Source: an uncultured Gemmatimonadales bacterium
GTDB taxonomy: Bacteria; Gemmatimonadota; Gemmatimonadetes; Longimicrobiales; Longimicrobiaceae
Assembly: GCA_963716255.1 (NCBI GenBank)
Contig: OY970303.1
Coordinates: 6,080,001-6,144,000 of the forward strand
DNA length: 64,000 bases
Direction of reading: 5' to 3'
Shown here: positions 61,358 to 64,000 of the stretch, piece after piece
Position numbering within the stretch: the first letter of the stretch is position 1
How the letters are laid out: the number at the start of each line of letters is the position of its first letter
Made by a program: the position numbers and the translations under genes
The notes under the pieces: generated by a model
The model's database searches: none
What the model saw: the letters and a program-made list of their open reading frames with translations, nothing else
Told to the model about the DNA's origin: nothing

Positions 61358-61652
61358 CCCCGCGCCCGTCCCGCCCGGCACCGGGTGGGAGCGGCTGGAG
61401 CGCGCCGCCGCGCGGGCCGCGTCCGCGCTGGCCGCGTGGCGGAGCCGCGCCCTGCTCGCCGAGGCCGAGGTGGACCGCCTGCGCGCCGCGCTGGAGCAGG
61501 TGAGCGCCGCCCCCGCGGACGGCGCCGCCGGCGCCGGCGAGCTGGGCCGGCTGCGCGCCGAGAACGCCCTGCTGCGCAGCCGCACCGCCGAGGCGCGCCG
61601 CCGCGTCGCCGCGCTGCTGGCGCGGCTCGCCATGCTGGAGGCCCGCCGGTGA
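61341..61652 (+). CDS. Coiled-coil protein (ZapB-like position)
   Basis: Heptad pattern (WERLERAA..., LRAENALLR) between pheT and zapA, with overlapping gene ends. Confidence 0.6.
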   Translation: MSTAADPAPVPPGTGWERLERAAARAASALAAWRSRALLAEAEVDRLRAALEQVSAAPADGAAGAGELGRLRAENALLRSRTAEARRRVAALLARLAMLEARR

Positions 61653-61996
61653 GCCGCCGCCGCGCCACGCCGCGCCACACCGTCACGGTGGAGGTGGGCG
61701 GCGAGAAGCACGTCCTCCGCTCCGACGTCCCCCCGGAGTACACCCGCGCCGTCGCCGCGCACCTGGACGCGGTGATCCGCGAGCTGCCCGGCTTCCGCAG
61801 CCTGGAGCCGCACCGCGCCATCCTGCTCGCCGCCCTGTCCGTCACCGACGAGCTGTTCAGCGCCCTCGAGGAGATCCAGCGCCTCCGCGACGAGGCCGAG
61901 CGGCGCGCCGCCGCCGCCGCCGAGCTGCTGGAGGGCGCCGCCGCTGACGCGCCCACGGACCCCGCGGACGGCGGCGCCGCGGCCGCGGACGGGTAG
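61649..61996 (+). CDS. zapA: Cell division protein ZapA
   Basis: VTVEVGG..H.L, VAAHLD and LAALSVTDEL motifs; pheT-zapA-rny synteny. Confidence 0.88.
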   Translation: MSRRRATPRHTVTVEVGGEKHVLRSDVPPEYTRAVAAHLDAVIRELPGFRSLEPHRAILLAALSVTDELFSALEEIQRLRDEAERRAAAAAELLEGAAADAPTDPADGGAAAADG

Positions 61997-62041
61997 CGCC
62001 GGGGCTTGCGTCCGGGCGCGCATCCTGCCTATTGTTTCACG

Positions 62042-62160
62042 TGCGGGCCCTCCCTGCGGGCAGGTGCCGGGAGGCGCCCTCGGGTGTACGTGCGAAGGTG
62101 GCAGGGAGCGTCTTTCTGCCACCTCGATCTTTTGTACCTGCTGCGGGCCTCGCCCGCCTC
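62042..62160 (+). ncRNA. Candidate structured RNA (6S-RNA position) or rny 5' UTR
   Basis: Promoter TTGCGT-N18-TATTGT. Closing helices gcgggc/gcccgc and gcaggtgc/gtacctgc enclose a long terminal hairpin. Confidence 0.45.
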
Positions 62161-62172
62161 CGATAAACGACA

Positions 62173-63735
62173 ATGGAATATCTGATCATCCTCCTCGTGG
62201 CGCTGGTCGCCGCGGCGGTGGGCTTTCTCGCGGGACGGGCCGGAGAGCAGGCCCGCCTGCGCCGCGCCCGGGCCACCGCGGAGGACGAGGCCGCGAAGAT
62301 CCGCGCGGGGGCCGAGCAGGACGCCGAGAGCCTGCGCAAGGCCGAGGTGCTCAAGGGGCGCGAGGAAGCCATCCGCGCCCGCGAGGAGTGGGAGCGGGAG
62401 GAGGCCAAGCGCCGCGACGACATGGAGCGCATGGAGCGCCGCCTCCAGGAGCGCGAGGAGTCGCTGGACCGCAAGTTCCACCTCCTGGACGAGAAGTCGC
62501 AGGCCCAGGAGAAGCGCGCCGAGCAGCTGGGCCACCGCGAAAAGGAGGTGGAGCTCCAGTCGCAGGACCTGGTCGCGCGCGTCGGCGAGATCCAGCACAG
62601 GCTGGAGTCGCTCGCCGGCCTCACCGCCGACGAGGCCCGCCGCCAGCTGATGCACGACGTGGAGGAGGAGGCCCGCGCCGGCGCCGCCCAGCGCGTCCGC
62701 GAGATCAAGGAGGAGGCCCGCCGCGACGCCGAGCGCGAGGCCAAGAAGATCATCTCGCTCGCCATCCAGCGCATTGCCGCCGACCACACGGCCGAGACCA
62801 CCGTGTCCGTGGTCGCCCTCCCCTCCGACGAGATGAAGGGGCGCATCATCGGCCGCGAGGGCCGGAACATCCGCGCCTTCGAGCAGGCCACCGGGATCGA
62901 CGTCATCATCGACGACACCCCGGAGGCCGTCGTGCTCAGCGGCTTCGATCCCATCCGCCGCGAGACCGCCCGCATCGCCCTGGAGAAGCTGGTGTCCGAC
63001 GGGCGCATCCACCCCGGGCGCATCGACGACGTGGTCGCGAAGTCGCGCAAGGAGGTGGAGAACGGCATGCGCGAGGCCGCCGAGGAGATCCTGTACGAGC
63101 TGGGGATCCACGGCGTCCACCCCGAGATCGTCAAGGTGCTGGGGCGGCTCAAGTTCCGCACCTCGTACGGGCAGAACCAGCTGCTCCACTCCAAGGAGGT
63201 CGCCATCCTCGCCGGAAACATGGCCGCCGAGATGGGCTTCGACGCCACCATGGCCAAGCGCATGGGGCTGCTCCACGACGTGGGGAAGGGGATGACCCAC
63301 GAGCACGAGGGCACGCACGTGGAGCTGGGGTGGAACCTGGCCAAGAAGTTCAACGAGCCCGCCCAGGTGCTCAACGCCATCAAGGCGCACCACGACGAGG
63401 AGCCGCACCTCTTCCCCGAGACGTTCCTGGTCACCGCCGCGGACGCCATCTCCGGCTCCCGCCCCGGGGCGCGCCGCGAGATGTTCGAGACCTACGTCAA
63501 GCGGCTGGAGAAGCTGGAGGAGATCGCCTCCTCGTTCCCGGGCGTGGAGCGCTGCTTCGCCATCCAGGCGGGGCGCGAGCTGCGCATCATGGTCACGCCC
63601 GAAAAGATCAACGACGAGGAGATGGCGCGCCTGAGCGAGGAGACGGCCCGGCGCATCGAGGCGGAGCTGCAGTACCCGGGGCAGATCAAGGTGGTGGTGA
63701 TCCGGGAGACCCGTGCCGTGGACTTCGCGCGTTGA
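62173..63735 (+). CDS. rny: Ribonuclease Y
   Basis: N-terminal TM, coiled coil, KH domain (KGRIIGREGRNIR), HD domain (LLHDVGK) and SRPGAR. Confidence 0.97.
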   Translation: MEYLIILLVALVAAAVGFLAGRAGEQARLRRARATAEDEAAKIRAGAEQDAESLRKAEVLKGREEAIRAREEWEREEAKRRDDMERMERRLQEREESLDRKFHLLDEKSQAQEKRAEQLGHREKEVELQSQDLVARVGEIQHRLESLAGLTADEARRQLMHDVEEEARAGAAQRVREIKEEARRDAEREAKKIISLAIQRIAADHTAETTVSVVALPSDEMKGRIIGREGRNIRAFEQATGIDVIIDDTPEAVVLSGFDPIRRETARIALEKLVSDGRIHPGRIDDVVAKSRKEVENGMREAAEEILYELGIHGVHPEIVKVLGRLKFRTSYGQNQLLHSKEVAILAGNMAAEMGFDATMAKRMGLLHDVGKGMTHEHEGTHVELGWNLAKKFNEPAQVLNAIKAHHDEEPHLFPETFLVTAADAISGSRPGARREMFETYVKRLEKLEEIASSFPGVERCFAIQAGRELRIMVTPEKINDEEMARLSEETARRIEAELQYPGQIKVVVIRETRAVDFAR

Positions 63736-63765
63736 GGTTTTCAGGACGTTGCGTGCGTGGTGGCG

Positions 63766-63893
63766 GGGCCGCTACGGAGCCGGACGATACTGCCGTCCGT
63801 CTCCTCCGCGGGCTCCGGGAGCCCCGGAAACAGCCCCGGGTCTCCCTGCGCCGGAGTGAGCCCCGCCAAACTGCCGGCGGGTCTCCCTCCGTA
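63766..63893 (+). repeat. Structured element family B, copy 2
   Basis: Three GAG-stem-A(A/T)AC(A/T)GC-stem-TCTC modules, about 30 nt after the rny stop. Confidence 0.85.
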
Positions 63894-64000
63894 CAGATTT
63901 TGGTGGGTACTGCGGAACGGCGACGGCACGGCACCGGCGGCCGTTCCGTGCCGTTGCAGGCTGTTCCCTTTTCCCTGTGGCGCTGCACGCTGCCCGTGCA

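Overview
Very GC-rich bacterial chromosomal window. Gene content and repeat style suggest Gemmatimonadota (Longimicrobium-like), which is an inference. Housekeeping blocks: accD'-folC-hisS-proS, lysA, guaA, rnz, CIRCE-groES-groEL, and thrS-infC-rpmI-rplT-pheST-zapB-like-zapA-rny. These are interleaved with acyl-CoA genes (meaB, an isobutyryl-CoA-mutase-type large subunit, a distant B12-binding subunit, a carboxyltransferase, atuA and a MatB-like ligase) and a Mo-hydroxylase/NCS1/cyclase catabolic cluster. There are also two toxin-antitoxin pairs, two Uma2 nucleases and a SIR2-trypsin-like fusion. The strongest unexplained signal is a dispersed ~135-nt multi-hairpin element with 8 near-complete copies and 1 diverged copy. 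Its scaffold is nearly invariant, but its stems co-vary around conserved AAAC-type loops and UNCG tetraloops. It shares a hairpin module with a second two-copy family, and most copies sit on the sense strand just after stop codons. Other highlights are a Thr-rich leader-peptide attenuator upstream of thrS, a secreted protein with four AIGPKQDDP repeats, a homopolymer frameshift in lysA, and a duplicated carboxyltransferase 3' end in front of a Uma2 gene. All calls come from manual motif reading; no database searches or folding programs were run.
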